Below are positions 9,018 through 19,566 of a stretch of DNA of 39,418 bases, piece by piece. Position numbers and translations under genes: made by a program. This DNA comes from Enterobacter phage KKP_3263, in sequence record OK210074.1; one strand, written 5' to 3'. Position 1 is the stretch's first letter. Each line of letters starts with the position of its first letter. The notes beneath the pieces were generated by a model. It was not told the DNA's origin. It worked only from the letters and a program-made list of their open reading frames with translations, and ran no database searches.

Positions 9018-12000
9018 ATGGCGACTCGTGGTATTCGCAATAACAATCCGGGGAACATCCGGGTAAGTAAGGACCAATGGGAAGGAATGACTGGAGATGA
9101 TGGCGCATTCGTCACCTTCGATAGTCCAGAGTCTGGCGTCCGAGCTTTAGGTAAAAACCTGCTGTCCTACGGTCGCCAAGGTTATGACTCCATCGAGAAG
9201 ATTATCAACCGATGGGCACCTCCTAACGAGAACGACACTCAGGCTTATATTGACTCAGTGGTGGCTGCGACTGGTATTCCAGCTACCCAGAGTCTAGACC
9301 TCTCGGACCCGGACACCCTGTCTTCTCTGGCGCAAGCTATCAGCTTCCATGAGACAGGCTCCCGGTACAACCCTGAAGTCTATCAACAGGGAGTAGCAAG
9401 AGCACTCAACGGTATCAGCCCAAAGACTCCACCAGTAAGCGCTAACGTATTTGACGCACTCACGGAAGGACTCAAGGCTAAACCTAAAGTAGCTCTGGGT
9501 GAGAACCTTCCGACCGCTGCTGGTCTGAACATTGAGGGTCAAGCACCTGAAGCTCCCAACGAATCGTTCGGTGAGATGTTCTATAAGGCTACTGGCGAGA
9601 CCATGCAGGAACGAGAGGACCGCTCTACGTGGTTCGGTTTCGGTGCGGCTACAGAAGCTGAAGTGAAGAACTCTATGGTCGGCGTGGCTATCCGCGCTGG
9701 TCAGACTGAGGACTCACTGGATGTCATTGGAGATGTGTTCAACCCAACCCGATGGAACACCCATAAGTGGACTCGTGAAGAGTTGGACCAGATTCGTAAC
9801 GCTGGGGTTCTACCTCAGTATTACGGAGTCATTACTGGCGGCTCTCCTCAGAACCTGACCGAGCTGATTAACTTGGCGCTTGAGAACCAGAAGTTGGACC
9901 AAGAGAAGGCCAAGGCGGGGACTGGTGCTCAGTTAGCTGCTGGTGTGATTGGTGCTGGTGTAGACCCTCTGACATACGTTCCTATCGCTGGACAGGTTGG
10001 TAAAGGTGGTAAGCTGGTCAATAAGATGTTCACCGTGGCTGCTCAATCTGGAGCACTGGCTGGTGTGTCAGAGATGGCCCGTACCTCAGTGGCTGGTGGT
10101 GATGCTCATGTGGCTGAAGCTATCCTTGGTGGTGCTCTCTTCGGTGGTGGTATGACTGCTATCGCTGATGGGTTAGGCAGAGCCTTAGGCCGCAACACTA
10201 ATGAGTTCGCTGGCCCAGCTACACGTCTGGAAGCTCGTGAGACCGCTCGTAATGTTGATGGTCAGGACCTGTCTCGTCTCCCTATTCAGGAAGGTGAGCA
10301 GACCTTTAGTCATCAAGGCGTTAAGTTCGCTGACGTTCCTAACGAGCCGGGTAGTGTACGACTTGAAGATGGTTCAATCCTGATTGGTGAGAACCCTCTG
10401 AACCCTAAGACACGTCAGGTCTTTGACGAAGTGATTGAGCCTGAACGTGCCGCTGCTGGTGTGAACCTTGGTGGTCTTACTGAGATTGGCCTGAAGCTGC
10501 TTAGGTCTGAGAACCCTGAGATTCGTGGAGTCGCTGCTGACTTAGTGCGTTCACCAACTGGTATGCAGTCTGGGGCTTCAGGTAAAATCGGGACCACTGC
10601 GTCAGACGTATTCGAGAGACTTCGTGCTGTGGACCATCGGTTCTACAACGACATCGACGATGCGGTTACTGAGGCACTCAGGGACCCGTACTTCCAGACA
10701 GCATTCTGGCGAGACTCTGGCGCATTCCGTCAGGACATCTACCAGCGTGTGTCTATGGCTATAGAAGATGGTAGTGGGAACCTGAAGGCTGAACTGACTC
10801 CGGGAGAACTGAAAGTCTATGACCTGCTGAAGAACCAGTTTGACGCCAAGCGCGAGATGATGGAGAACCCGGCGATGTTTGGTCGTCCAGACGCTCAGTC
10901 TATCTTTCCGGGTAGCCGCTTCAAGGGGACCTACGTCCCGCATGTGTATAGCAACCAGATGAAGGAGCTGTACATCAAGGAGCTTGGAAGCCCAGAAGCA
11001 CTACAGGAGGCCATCAAGAAGTCATGGTTGACAAGCTATGCGTCTAGACCTGAAGTCAAGAAACGTGTGGACGAGGCACTCTTAGAGGCTGACCCTACGT
11101 TGACTCCAGAGGGACTTGCTGCTGCGGTCGATAAGTACGCCAACGATAAGGCTTACGGTATCTCTCACACCGAGCAGTTCGAACGTTCATCCGTAATGGA
11201 AGAGAACATCAACGGTCTGGTGGGTCTTGAGAACAACAGCTTCCTTGAGGCTCGTAACCTGTTCGATAGCGATATGTCAATCGTTCTGCCTAACGGTCAG
11301 ACCTTCAGTGTCAACAACCTGCGTGAGTGGGACATGGACAAGATTGTCCCGGCCTACAACCGTCGAGTTAATGGTGACATTGCTATCATGGCTGGTACAG
11401 GCAAGACCACGAAGGACATGAAGGACTTAGTTGAGACCATGATGAACAAGGCTGGTGATGACGGCAAGTTGAAAGGTGAGGTCTCGACCTTACGAGACAC
11501 CTTGAAGATTCTCACTGGTCGTGCTAGACGTGATGGTGCTGACGATGCTGCCTTCGCTACAGTGATGCGCACAATGACAGACCTATCGTTCTTCGCTAAG
11601 AATGCCTACATGGGTGTTCAGAACTTAACGGAGATTGGTGGTATGCTGGCGCGTGGCAACGTTCGTGCGATGCTGCATGGAGTCCCGATGTTCCGTGACC
11701 TAGCCTTCCGTAACAAGAAGGTCGGGGCCTCAGAGATTAAGGACCTGCACAATGTTATCTTCGGTAAAGAACTGGACGACTCAATCCGTCCGTCCAAACA
11801 GGATGTCATTGACCGTCTGCGAGCTTACAGTGACCTCGGTCGTGGTACAGCTACCGCTTTAGGTTCTGCCAAGTATTACACTGGGGAACTTGCAGTCCGC
11901 TCCCCGTTTACGAAAGTCCTGAACGGGACGACGAACTATCTGCTGGATGCTGGGCGTCAGGGCTTCTTGTCTGACATCGTGGAACACAGCCTGACCGGAA

Positions 12001-12905
12001 GCAAGCGTAAGTTTGATGACCGTTGGTTGAAGACCGCTGGTATCTCAGACGAACAGTGGAAGGGCATTAAGTCCCTCATCCGTGAGTCCGTGACTCGTGG
12101 TCCAGACGGGAAGTACACCATCAAGGACAAGAAGGCGTTTAGTCAGGACCCAAGGGCTATGGACCTCTGGCGTATGGGCGACACCATCGCTGACGAAACT
12201 TTACTCCGTCCTCATAAGCTGTCAAACATGGACGCCAAGGCTTATGGGCCTCTCGCTAAGACTGTCCTTCAGTTTAAGAACTTCGTCATCAAGTCCATCA
12301 ATGGGCGAACCATGCGAACCTTCTATAACGCCACGAAGAACAACCGAGCGATGGACGCTGCTCTGTCTACTGTGATGTCTATGGGTCTTGCTGGTATCTA
12401 CTACATGGCTCAGGCGCACATCAAGGCTTACGCTATGCAGGACGGTCGAGACCGAGATTACCTCAAGCAAGCTCTGGACCCGACGATGATTGGCTATGCG
12501 GCGCTGTCCCGTAGTTCACATCTAGGTGGACCACTTGGGGTAGCTAACATTCTTGGTGGTATCGCTGGGTATGAGGACACTAAGATGCTCCGTTCGTCTA
12601 TCCTCCCTCGTTCACCCACAGAGAAGCCTGAACGTGCCATCGCATATGGTGCAGCTACAAGTGACCCCGTGATGAATGTCGTTGGTAACTTCTTGGAGCA
12701 GGTCCCGGCTTTCGGCTATGCTGCTAACGTTGGTGCTTCGGCATACAACTTGGCTGGCTACCTCAAGGCTGATACTCGTGTCAACGAGCGAGACTACATG
12801 ACCGGGGTGTATAACACGTTCCGTGAACTGGTCCCGAACGACCCGATTACCCAGAAGTTGCTGCTTGGAACGTTTGAGGAGCAAGGCATCCACATCAAGG
12901 ACTAA
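9018..12905 (+). CDS. 16: Internal virion protein D (gp16) with an N-terminal cell-wall-hydrolase-like domain
   Basis: The middle and C-terminal parts match T7 gp16 (SPTGMQSGASGK, GISHTEQFERSS, NNSFLEARNLFDSD, AYNRRVNGDIAIMAGTGKTTKD, LSRSSHLGGPLG). The N-terminal ~110 aa differ from the T7 SLT domain. Confidence 0.9.
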   Translation: MATRGIRNNNPGNIRVSKDQWEGMTGDDGAFVTFDSPESGVRALGKNLLSYGRQGYDSIEKIINRWAPPNENDTQAYIDSVVAATGIPATQSLDLSDPDTLSSLAQAISFHETGSRYNPEVYQQGVARALNGISPKTPPVSANVFDALTEGLKAKPKVALGENLPTAAGLNIEGQAPEAPNESFGEMFYKATGETMQEREDRSTWFGFGAATEAEVKNSMVGVAIRAGQTEDSLDVIGDVFNPTRWNTHKWTREELDQIRNAGVLPQYYGVITGGSPQNLTELINLALENQKLDQEKAKAGTGAQLAAGVIGAGVDPLTYVPIAGQVGKGGKLVNKMFTVAAQSGALAGVSEMARTSVAGGDAHVAEAILGGALFGGGMTAIADGLGRALGRNTNEFAGPATRLEARETARNVDGQDLSRLPIQEGEQTFSHQGVKFADVPNEPGSVRLEDGSILIGENPLNPKTRQVFDEVIEPERAAAGVNLGGLTEIGLKLLRSENPEIRGVAADLVRSPTGMQSGASGKIGTTASDVFERLRAVDHRFYNDIDDAVTEALRDPYFQTAFWRDSGAFRQDIYQRVSMAIEDGSGNLKAELTPGELKVYDLLKNQFDAKREMMENPAMFGRPDAQSIFPGSRFKGTYVPHVYSNQMKELYIKELGSPEALQEAIKKSWLTSYASRPEVKKRVDEALLEADPTLTPEGLAAAVDKYANDKAYGISHTEQFERSSVMEENINGLVGLENNSFLEARNLFDSDMSIVLPNGQTFSVNNLREWDMDKIVPAYNRRVNGDIAIMAGTGKTTKDMKDLVETMMNKAGDDGKLKGEVSTLRDTLKILTGRARRDGADDAAFATVMRTMTDLSFFAKNAYMGVQNLTEIGGMLARGNVRAMLHGVPMFRDLAFRNKKVGASEIKDLHNVIFGKELDDSIRPSKQDVIDRLRAYSDLGRGTATALGSAKYYTGELAVRSPFTKVLNGTTNYLLDAGRQGFLSDIVEHSLTGSKRKFDDRWLKTAGISDEQWKGIKSLIRESVTRGPDGKYTIKDKKAFSQDPRAMDLWRMGDTIADETLLRPHKLSNMDAKAYGPLAKTVLQFKNFVIKSINGRTMRTFYNATKNNRAMDAALSTVMSMGLAGIYYMAQAHIKAYAMQDGRDRDYLKQALDPTMIGYAALSRSSHLGGPLGVANILGGIAGYEDTKMLRSSILPRSPTEKPERAIAYGAATSDPVMNVVGNFLEQVPAFGYAANVGASAYNLAGYLKADTRVNERDYMTGVYNTFRELVPNDPITQKLLLGTFEEQGIHIKD

Positions 12906-12923
12906 ACTATCACTATAGGAAAC
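12901..12923 (+). promoter_or_regulatory. Phage promoter (phi17 equivalent)
   Basis: ACTAAACTATCACTATAGGAAAC overlaps the gene 16 stop. Confidence 0.8.
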
Positions 12924-12970
12924 GGGAGGCGCTACCATAGGTCTCCCTTTAATTCATAACAGGAGGTACA

Positions 12971-15505
12971 ATGGCTAACACTTTGACTCAGTTTCCTGCT
13001 GGTCAGACTCAATATAAGATTAACTTCGACTATCTGGCGCGACCTTTCGTAGTAGTGACTCTGGTCAATAGTAACGACCCAGCCCAGAACCGAGTGTTGA
13101 CCGTAGGTAATGACTATGGGTTCCTTAACCCGACTACCATCGAAATATATACGTCTCAAGCTGGATTCGACATCCTTCAGATTCGCCGATTTACGTCTAC
13201 AGACCTCGTGGTCGACTTCCGTGATGGCTCAGTGCTTACCGCTAAGGACCTGACCAACGCAGAACTTCAGGCTATCCACATTGCAGAGGAAGGTCGTGAC
13301 CAGACTGCTGATATTGCTAAGGAGCATGCAGACGCAGCGCTTCAGGCTGAGCAAGGTGCCAAGCAAGCAGAGAAGGACGCCAAGGATATCGTAGAGACTC
13401 TACAGGCTGGTCTCGCAGGCTACATCCTCCTCAAGTCATTCAAGAAGGGTAACACCCTGACTGACTGGAACCAAGCCCTGCTGATGGGCGAGCCGGATGA
13501 TGATACCAAAGGCGAGTATTACCGCTGGGACGGTGAGTTCCCTAAAGTCGTTCCACCTAATTCTACCCCAGAGTCGACTGGTGGTGTTGGTGCTGGACGC
13601 TGGCTGAGTGTTGGTGACTCCGCGTTACGCTCACAGCTTAAAGGGACCAACGGTGCAGACTATGTGTCCTACACCCAAGCTGGTGGAGATACCACTCGCC
13701 CACTGTCCGATGTTCTGGCGGCTGTACTTAACGTTAAGAACTTCGGTGCCAAGGGTGATTGGGACCCAGTGAGTCAGACAGGGACGAATGACACAGCGGC
13801 CTTTGTTCGTGCGTTTGCATACATTGATTCAATCGGCGGTGGTTCGCTTTATGTCCCTTCAGGAAACTACCTGATTAAAGAAGTGGAAGTACCGAGCAAC
13901 ACTATGGTTTACGGCGCTGGCGCAACGTCTAACCTATGGCAAGTCGAGGAGCCGTGGACTGGTAGCTGTGTGACTCTGGGTGTTGGGTTAACCGACGAGA
14001 ATCGACCAGACTGGACTAAGAACACCTACAACGTTGTGTTCCGAGACTTGGCGTTCCGCCGTAAGAACCGAGACACCTATACAAGCGCTGGTGATGCTTG
14101 GCAGTGGAGACACTTAGTCACCATCAATGCGTGTACAGCTTGGAAGATTATCGACTGTATCTTTGAGGGCTACAATGGCGATGGAGTATACGTTGCTGGG
14201 GGCTTTGGTGCGAACGAGGGCCACAACCTCGACGGTGAAATCCGAAGCTGTTACTTCTCAGGTGTGGACTATCAGAACCGTAATGCCATCTCCGTGTTGG
14301 ACTGCGAGGGTCTGATTATCACTGGGTGTACTTTCCGTAACACTACAAGTCAGTACCAGCCAGCGGCTATCGACATCGAGCCAAACGCTCGTACATTCCA
14401 CAGGGTCCGAGACATCCGAATCACGAACAACAGGTTTGTGGCCTGTCGTGGTCAGGCGTCCTCACTGTCTGTGTACTTCCCAGATGTAGCCTATACGTCC
14501 CCGCCAACTAACATCCTGTTTGCTGATAACGATATTGATGGTGGTAGCGCAACCAACCCTGCACCTGCTGTCTTCCTCGTGTATGCTGGCGATGCAACCC
14601 CTAACCGTAACGTCGACATTCGGATTGTGAACAACAAGATGACTCGTTGTGTTCGTGGTCACACCATTAATGGTATGCGTGAGGTCCGTATTGAGGGCAA
14701 CAAACTTACTGAGATGCGTGGTGGTGATATCGTTGGGTTCGGGCAGGCTGGCAAGAAGTGCGCCAATATCTTCTACACCAACAACTTCCTAACTAACGTT
14801 GGGTATGAGGACGGTATGGGACTCGGAGTCTATGACGTTGATGGCCTGAGTATTGAGGGTAATACCTTCCGTAACATCGGGAAGGGGACAGACCCTCGTG
14901 ATGGGACTGCTATCATCTTCAAGTCTGGACGTACTGGTCGTAACATCCGTGTTGCCAACAACTCGTTCAACAATGAGGGACGTACAGTCACTGGGGCTAT
15001 CACCTCTGGTGGATATACCTTCGACCCGTCTACCAACTTCTTCGGCGGTAACGTCTATCGTGGTGGTGGTGGTATGGCTCGACGTGAGTTCCCTGCTGTG
15101 TTTGGGGACGAGGGTCAGCACTCCTACACGCCTACAGTCTACGGCGATACAGTCGCGGGTGTCGGTACGTACACTGCTCAGCGTGGTGTCTACCACATCG
15201 AGGGTAACGTGGTCCACTTCAGGGTCAACCTGACGTTAACAGCCCACACAGGGTCTGGACCTCTGAACATCTCTCTGCCGACTCTGGCTGATACTGGTAA
15301 TGGGCCTGTCCCAGTCGTGGCGTACACCACTGGTAACATTCCGTCGACTACTGGTATCGCTGTGGGTCGTGTTGATACTGGTGCCGTTGGTGGTGTGGGC
15401 CGTGTTCGTCTGTACCGTGCAGATGGAGGCGGTAACGTTAATATCAACTCGGCTGGTAACGCCATGACTGTGGATGTGTCTGGCACCTACCCATTCAAGC
15501 CTTAA
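12971..15505 (+). CDS. 17: Tail fiber/tailspike (gp17). T7-like N-terminal adaptor plus a C-terminal right-handed beta-helix (pectate lyase 3-like) depolymerase domain
   Basis: N-terminus [13 protein letters not shown]...[16 protein letters not shown] aligns with the T7 gp17 N-terminus. The central part ([11 protein letters not shown]...NDTAAF...[14 protein letters not shown] and repeated NNxF/NN motifs) is typical of PF12708-type beta-helix. Confidence 0.9.
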   Translation: MANTLTQFPAGQTQYKINFDYLARPFVVVTLVNSNDPAQNRVLTVGNDYGFLNPTTIEIYTSQAGFDILQIRRFTSTDLVVDFRDGSVLTAKDLTNAELQAIHIAEEGRDQTADIAKEHADAALQAEQGAKQAEKDAKDIVETLQAGLAGYILLKSFKKGNTLTDWNQALLMGEPDDDTKGEYYRWDGEFPKVVPPNSTPESTGGVGAGRWLSVGDSALRSQLKGTNGADYVSYTQAGGDTTRPLSDVLAAVLNVKNFGAKGDWDPVSQTGTNDTAAFVRAFAYIDSIGGGSLYVPSGNYLIKEVEVPSNTMVYGAGATSNLWQVEEPWTGSCVTLGVGLTDENRPDWTKNTYNVVFRDLAFRRKNRDTYTSAGDAWQWRHLVTINACTAWKIIDCIFEGYNGDGVYVAGGFGANEGHNLDGEIRSCYFSGVDYQNRNAISVLDCEGLIITGCTFRNTTSQYQPAAIDIEPNARTFHRVRDIRITNNRFVACRGQASSLSVYFPDVAYTSPPTNILFADNDIDGGSATNPAPAVFLVYAGDATPNRNVDIRIVNNKMTRCVRGHTINGMREVRIEGNKLTEMRGGDIVGFGQAGKKCANIFYTNNFLTNVGYEDGMGLGVYDVDGLSIEGNTFRNIGKGTDPRDGTAIIFKSGRTGRNIRVANNSFNNEGRTVTGAITSGGYTFDPSTNFFGGNVYRGGGGMARREFPAVFGDEGQHSYTPTVYGDTVAGVGTYTAQRGVYHIEGNVVHFRVNLTLTAHTGSGPLNISLPTLADTGNGPVPVVAYTTGNIPSTTGIAVGRVDTGAVGGVGRVRLYRADGGGNVNINSAGNAMTVDVSGTYPFKP

Positions 15506-15578
15506 TGTGATTGGCCCTTCGGTGCTTTCTAACCGATAACTTTGGGTCAAGGACGACCCGTTTAACAATGGAGGTATT

Positions 15579-15773
15579 ATGATTGAGTTAGACTTCAAGA
15601 ATGAGGTCCTCAAAGCCTCGCCTATCGTCGGGACCGCTGCGGCTGATGGTGCCAGTCGGTTCTTCTTTGGGTTAACACTCAACGAATGGTTCTACGTAGC
15701 TGCTATCGCGTATACTGTGGTGCAGATTGGCGTACTGATTTACAAGACGATTAAGAGTGGAGGTAAGACATGA
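15579..15773 (+). CDS. 17.5: Class II holin (gp17.5)
   Basis: FFFGLTLNEWFYVAAIAYTVVQIG is near-identical to T7 gp17.5. Confidence 0.85.
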   Translation: MIELDFKNEVLKASPIVGTAAADGASRFFFGLTLNEWFYVAAIAYTVVQIGVLIYKTIKSGGKT

Positions 15774-16033
15774 CGCAGATGGACTTAGAGAAGTTCCTGT
15801 TAATGCTGGACACTGAGCGTGCTCGACTCATGCTGCAAGACCTGCGGGATGACACAAAGCGCTCACCTCAGCTTTACAACGCCATCGAGAAGCTGCTGGC
15901 TCGCCACAACTTTGTGCTCAGCAAGGTGTCTGTGGATGAGAAACAGTTAGCTGACATGGAGGCGCTGAACAGGGAGTACGATAGGGTGCTATCGGCTACC
16001 AAGGATAATGACACCGGTTATGGTGTACAGTAA
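15770..16033 (+). CDS. 18: Terminase small subunit (gp18)
   Basis: 87 aa (T7 has 89) immediately after the holin, with an ATGA overlap. Confidence 0.75.
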   Translation: MTQMDLEKFLLMLDTERARLMLQDLRDDTKRSPQLYNAIEKLLARHNFVLSKVSVDEKQLADMEALNREYDRVLSATKDNDTGYGVQ

Positions 16034-16035
16034 GT

Positions 16036-16092
16036 GTTAGACTCAAGGTCATCCACTACATATAGTGTGTGGCCTTTATGATTAACACTAGC
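16036..16092 (+). promoter_or_regulatory. Conserved structured RNA element, candidate RNase III processing site (R18.5 equivalent)
   Basis: GACTCAAGGTCA-loop-TGGCCTTTATGATTAA. The same element is at 25197 and 31906. A T7 R-site sits at the same 18/18.5 position. Confidence 0.45.
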
Positions 16093-16135
16093 GTAGGTGA
16101 CTCTACGTGAATTCTTTTAAAACAGGAGGGCAACT

Positions 16136-16585
16136 ATGCTCGAACTTTTACGTAAGGCCACTCCGTGGCTGGTGGCAGGGCTTCTGTTCTGCTCTGGCTA
16201 CTGGGTGGCAGACAATAAGTGGGAGGTGAAAGTAAGCAATGAGTACATCACGAAACTTGAGGCACGGGAGAATCAACGGGCTGCTGTCCAAGGTGAAATC
16301 AACAAAGTGTCAGCAGAGTGGCAAGACAAGATGTCCGCGCTGGAAGGCTCTACTGATAAGATTATTGCTGACCTTAACCGCGATAACAAGCGGCTGCGCA
16401 TCCGAGTCAAACCCACCAGTGGAGCAGTCCAGACTGACGGTCGATGCGTCATTGATGGTTACGCCGAACTTGACGAACGAGATGCTAAGCGTCTTATCGC
16501 CATCGGACTGAAAGGCGACGAATGGATTAAGGCCCTCCAGAAGACCGTGAGAGCCATGCAGCAAGAGAAGGAGGTGAAACCTTGA
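16136..16585 (+). CDS. 18.5: i-spanin Rz (gp18.5)
   Basis: N-terminal TM helix and coiled-coil at the T7 18.5 position. Confidence 0.75.
   Translation: MLELLRKATPWLVAGLLFCSGYWVADNKWEVKVSNEYITKLEARENQRAAVQGEINKVSAEWQDKMSALEGSTDKIIADLNRDNKRLRIRVKPTSGAVQTDGRCVIDGYAELDERDAKRLIAIGLKGDEWIKALQKTVRAMQQEKEVKP
16239..16511 (+). CDS. 18.7: o-spanin Rz1 (gp18.7) embedded in +1 frame within Rz
   Basis: Embedded ORF with a lipobox-like LTAITSGC followed by a Pro-rich segment. The offset from the Rz start is similar to T7 18.7. Confidence 0.5.
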   Translation: MSTSRNLRHGRINGLLSKVKSTKCQQSGKTRCPRWKALLIRLLLTLTAITSGCASESNPPVEQSRLTVDASLMVTPNLTNEMLSVLSPSD

Positions 16586-18345
16586 GTCAAGACTTAGCGG
16601 CGCGTCAGGCGCTTATGACTGCACGTATGAAGGCGGACTTCGTGTTCTTCTTGTTCGTCCTGTGGAAAGCTCTGTCTCTCCCGGTTCCGACTCGCTGTCA
16701 GATTGACATGGCGAAGAAGCTATCGGCTGGGGACAACAGGCGTTTCATCTTGCAGGCGTTCCGTGGTATAGGGAAGTCCTTCATTACGTGTGCCTTCGTG
16801 GTCTGGAAGCTATGGAACAACCCGGACTTGAAGTTCATGATTGTGTCTGCCTCAAAGGAACGAGCTGATGCTAACTCCATCTTCATCAAGCGAATCATCG
16901 ACCTGATGCCTCAGCTCCAAGAGTTGAAGCCTAAGCAGGGACAGCGAGATGCGGTTATCAGCTTCGACGTTGGACCAGCCAAGCCCGACCACTCACCTTC
17001 GGTTAAGTCAGTTGGTATCACTGGTCAGTTGACTGGTAGTCGTGCTGACATCCTGATTGCCGATGACGTGGAGGTTCCGAACAACTCAGCGACTCAGGCT
17101 GCACGAGACCGTCTGTCAGAGCTTGTGAAAGAGTTCGACGCAATACTGAAGCCGGGAGGTACAATCATCTATCTGGGTACTCCTCAGAACGAGATGACCC
17201 TGTATCGACAGCTTGAAGGTCGTGGGTACACCACTACTATCTGGCCCGCTCGTTATCCCCGCGACAGGAAGGACTGGCAGTCTTACGGCGACCGTCTGGC
17301 TCCTATGCTTCAGGCAGAGCTGGAAGAGGACCCAGAGTCCTTCTACTGGCGTCCGACCGATGAAGTACGATTCGATGATACGGACCTGAAGGAACGTGAG
17401 CTGTCATACGGTAAGGCTGGCTTCGCTCTACAGTTCATGCTTAACCCGAACCTGAGTGATGCTGAGAAGTACCCTCTGAAGCTCCGCGACCTTATCGTAG
17501 CCGACTTGGACCCTGAGTCCAGCCCTATGGTCTACCAGTGGCTTCCAAACAATCAGAACAGGCGTGATGACGTTCCTAACGTGGGACTCATGGGCGACTA
17601 TTACTATGCATATCAGACTGTAGGTTCTGCGTTCAGTTCTTACACCCAGAAGATTCTGGTCATTGACCCTAGTGGTCGTGGTAAGGATGAAACTGGGTAC
17701 GCGGTACTGTACCAGCTCAACGGCTACATCTTCGCTATGGAAGTTGGTGGTATGCGTGGTGGTTATGAAGACTCTACGCTGGAAGCTCTGGCTAAGATTG
17801 GTCGTAAGTGGAAGGTCAACGAATACGTCATTGAGGGTAACTTCGGTGATGGTATGTACCTTGAGCTATTCAAGCCTGTAGCGGCCCGTATCCATCCTGC
17901 GGCTGTAACTGAAGTGAAGAGTAAGGGTCAGAAAGAACTCCGCATCTGTGACGTTCTGGAGCCTATCATGGGGTCTCACAGACTTATCGTTAACGCTGCT
18001 GCTATCGTCCAAGACTATCAGTCGGCCTCTGATAAGGATGGTGTTCGTAACCCTATCTACTCTCTCTTCTACCAGATGACACGTATATCTCGTGAGCGTG
18101 GAGCCTTGGCACACGATGACCGACTTGATGCGCTGGCTATCGGTGTACAGTTCTTCGTTGAGTCTATGGCTAAGGATGCCAACAAAGGCGAACGTGAAGT
18201 CACTGAGGAGTGGCTTGAGGAACAGATGGAGAACCCACGGAAAGGCTTCGAGTCCATCCACACTGAGTTCTGGGACAATGGGGTCCGGGTAACTCACAAT
18301 ACGGACGACGAGCTGGGACTAGGGTCATACGTTACGTTCCACTAG
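16582..18345 (+). CDS. 19: Terminase large subunit (gp19), TTG start
   Basis: Extensive recalled identity to T7 gp19 ([96 protein letters not shown]). Confidence 0.95.
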   Translation: MSQDLAARQALMTARMKADFVFFLFVLWKALSLPVPTRCQIDMAKKLSAGDNRRFILQAFRGIGKSFITCAFVVWKLWNNPDLKFMIVSASKERADANSIFIKRIIDLMPQLQELKPKQGQRDAVISFDVGPAKPDHSPSVKSVGITGQLTGSRADILIADDVEVPNNSATQAARDRLSELVKEFDAILKPGGTIIYLGTPQNEMTLYRQLEGRGYTTTIWPARYPRDRKDWQSYGDRLAPMLQAELEEDPESFYWRPTDEVRFDDTDLKERELSYGKAGFALQFMLNPNLSDAEKYPLKLRDLIVADLDPESSPMVYQWLPNNQNRRDDVPNVGLMGDYYYAYQTVGSAFSSYTQKILVIDPSGRGKDETGYAVLYQLNGYIFAMEVGGMRGGYEDSTLEALAKIGRKWKVNEYVIEGNFGDGMYLELFKPVAARIHPAAVTEVKSKGQKELRICDVLEPIMGSHRLIVNAAAIVQDYQSASDKDGVRNPIYSLFYQMTRISRERGALAHDDRLDALAIGVQFFVESMAKDANKGEREVTEEWLEEQMENPRKGFESIHTEFWDNGVRVTHNTDDELGLGSYVTFH

Positions 18346-18439
18346 CTGACTGAATAATTATAGGTGAAAGCTGCATGAATACGCGGTTAGTAACCTATAG
18401 TTACTACCAGTCTAACCTACTGTTTTACAAGGAGTTTGG

Positions 18440-18462
18440 ACTTAACTATCACTATAGGGAAG
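18440..18462 (+). promoter_or_regulatory. Phage promoter phiOR equivalent
   Basis: ACTTAACTATCACTATAGGGAAG downstream of gene 19. Confidence 0.75.
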
Positions 18463-18642
18463 ACCCCCGGTTACTTATAGTATTACTGTAGTGAATATAC
18501 ATATGCAGACTTTATGCAAGACCTTAGGAGGCAGACTCCGAGTTCTTACCTAAGGCTTGCACCGATGGAAGGAGGGTGATATTAATCATAATCCCTCCAA
18601 TACAGATAGTCACCGACCATAGATACAGGAGGTATGTAGCAT

Positions 18643-18801
18643 ATGGCAAAGACCAAAGCTGTACTTAAAGCTCTGGCGACCAATCGAGCTACATACAGGT
18701 TTCTTGCTGCTGTTCTACTTGCTGCTGTCGTTGCTGCTGGAAGTCAGTGGGTCGGGTGGGTCGAGACTCTCGTATGTTCTCTGGTCTCTCAGTGTAATTA
18801 A
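18643..18801 (+). CDS. 19.5: gp19.5-like 52-aa protein
   Basis: Not in the ORF track (<60 aa). RBS CAGGAGG. RATYRFLAAVLL...VETLVCSLVS resembles T7 gp19.5 (RVTYRFLVV...LESVVCSIL). Confidence 0.6.
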   Translation: MAKTKAVLKALATNRATYRFLAAVLLAAVVAAGSQWVGWVETLVCSLVSQCN

Positions 18802-18954
18802 CGCAATCATGGTAACGATTCATGAGCGGAAGACCTAAGGTCAGTACGTGGATAAAGACTCACTCTACTGACCTTAGCTACTGTAGTCAAGGACTTTAGG
18901 TAACACCTTAAGAGAAGCTCACTTAGGGTCATCCTACTTATTGGTCTATCCTAG

Positions 18955-19012
18955 TGTCGCCTGACCTACGGTACTTGACCTACAGTGGCTGAGGCCTACA
19001 GTAGGGACGATG
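18955..19012 (+). repeat. Short direct repeats (G)ACCTAC(A/G)GT, right-end SRR-like
   Basis: Three tandem copies just before the inferred genome right end. Analogous to the T7 CCTAAAG repeats. Confidence 0.5.
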
Positions 19013-19040
19013 AGTTTTGGACCAAAAGTTTGAGACCACA

Positions 19041-19245
19041 TCTCACAGTTCAAGAACCTCAAGTCTCCCCATAGGCCCTCTTTCAGTCCAGACCAAAGGC
19101 CACCACCCCAGTGACCAAAGGTCAAACCTCAAGTCTTTGACGTCTGGTCAGGACCCAAAGTCTACCATAAGGGCCTATATCTTGTGGTTGGGACGATTGG
19201 TCGGGACTATATGTTGTGTCCCTGAGTCCCTATCTGTATCAGCCT
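19041..19245 (+). repeat. Terminal repeat region (single copy, as in a concatemer junction). Inferred genome left end at 19041 (TCTCACAGT...)
   Basis: TCTCACAGT matches the T7 left-end sequence. CCCCATAGG and TCCCTATCTGT match T7 TR landmarks. Exact boundaries are uncertain. Confidence 0.45.
19228..19240 (+). promoter_or_regulatory. CJ-type class II pause/termination signal for phage RNAP (ATCTGT)
   Basis: TCCCTATCTGTA parallels the T7 concatemer-junction pause site TCCCTATCTGTT. Confidence 0.4.
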
Positions 19246-19400
19246 AGAGTCATCACCTCAAGTCTCATCACCTACAGTCAACTAACCTACAGTCAATCCA
19301 TCAGTAATGGGACAACCTACAGTCTAACAACCTACAGTCAATAGACACCATGTTGACCTACAGTTTATCAGAGTCCTAAGGTCTAGACTCACAGGTTATC
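19244..19400 (+). repeat. Array of ACCTACAGTC short repeats (SRL-like), >=6 copies with variants
   Basis: catcACCTCAAGTC, tcACCTACAGTC, taACCTACAGTC, caACCTACAGTC, caACCTACAGTC, tgACCTACAGTT. Irregular 10-25 bp spacing. Confidence 0.55.
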
Positions 19401-19566
19401 ACATCCGGTCCGTTTAGCAGTCAGAGACCATAGCTGACTAGGGTTATTAGTTAGTGTCTTGCTAACTGGACTCTTATTATCCATAGTCCTGACCTAAAGT
19501 CAATCATCTGTAGTCATCCTTATACAGTCATTGGACTACTGTATAAATTACCATGATAAATAGTTG

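Noticed and set aside
18955-19400. Possible CRISPR array suggested by repeated ACCTACAGT motifs
   Set aside because: Repeat unit only ~9 bp, spacing irregular (10-25 bp), no cas genes. It matches the known short-repeat arrays at T7-family genome ends.
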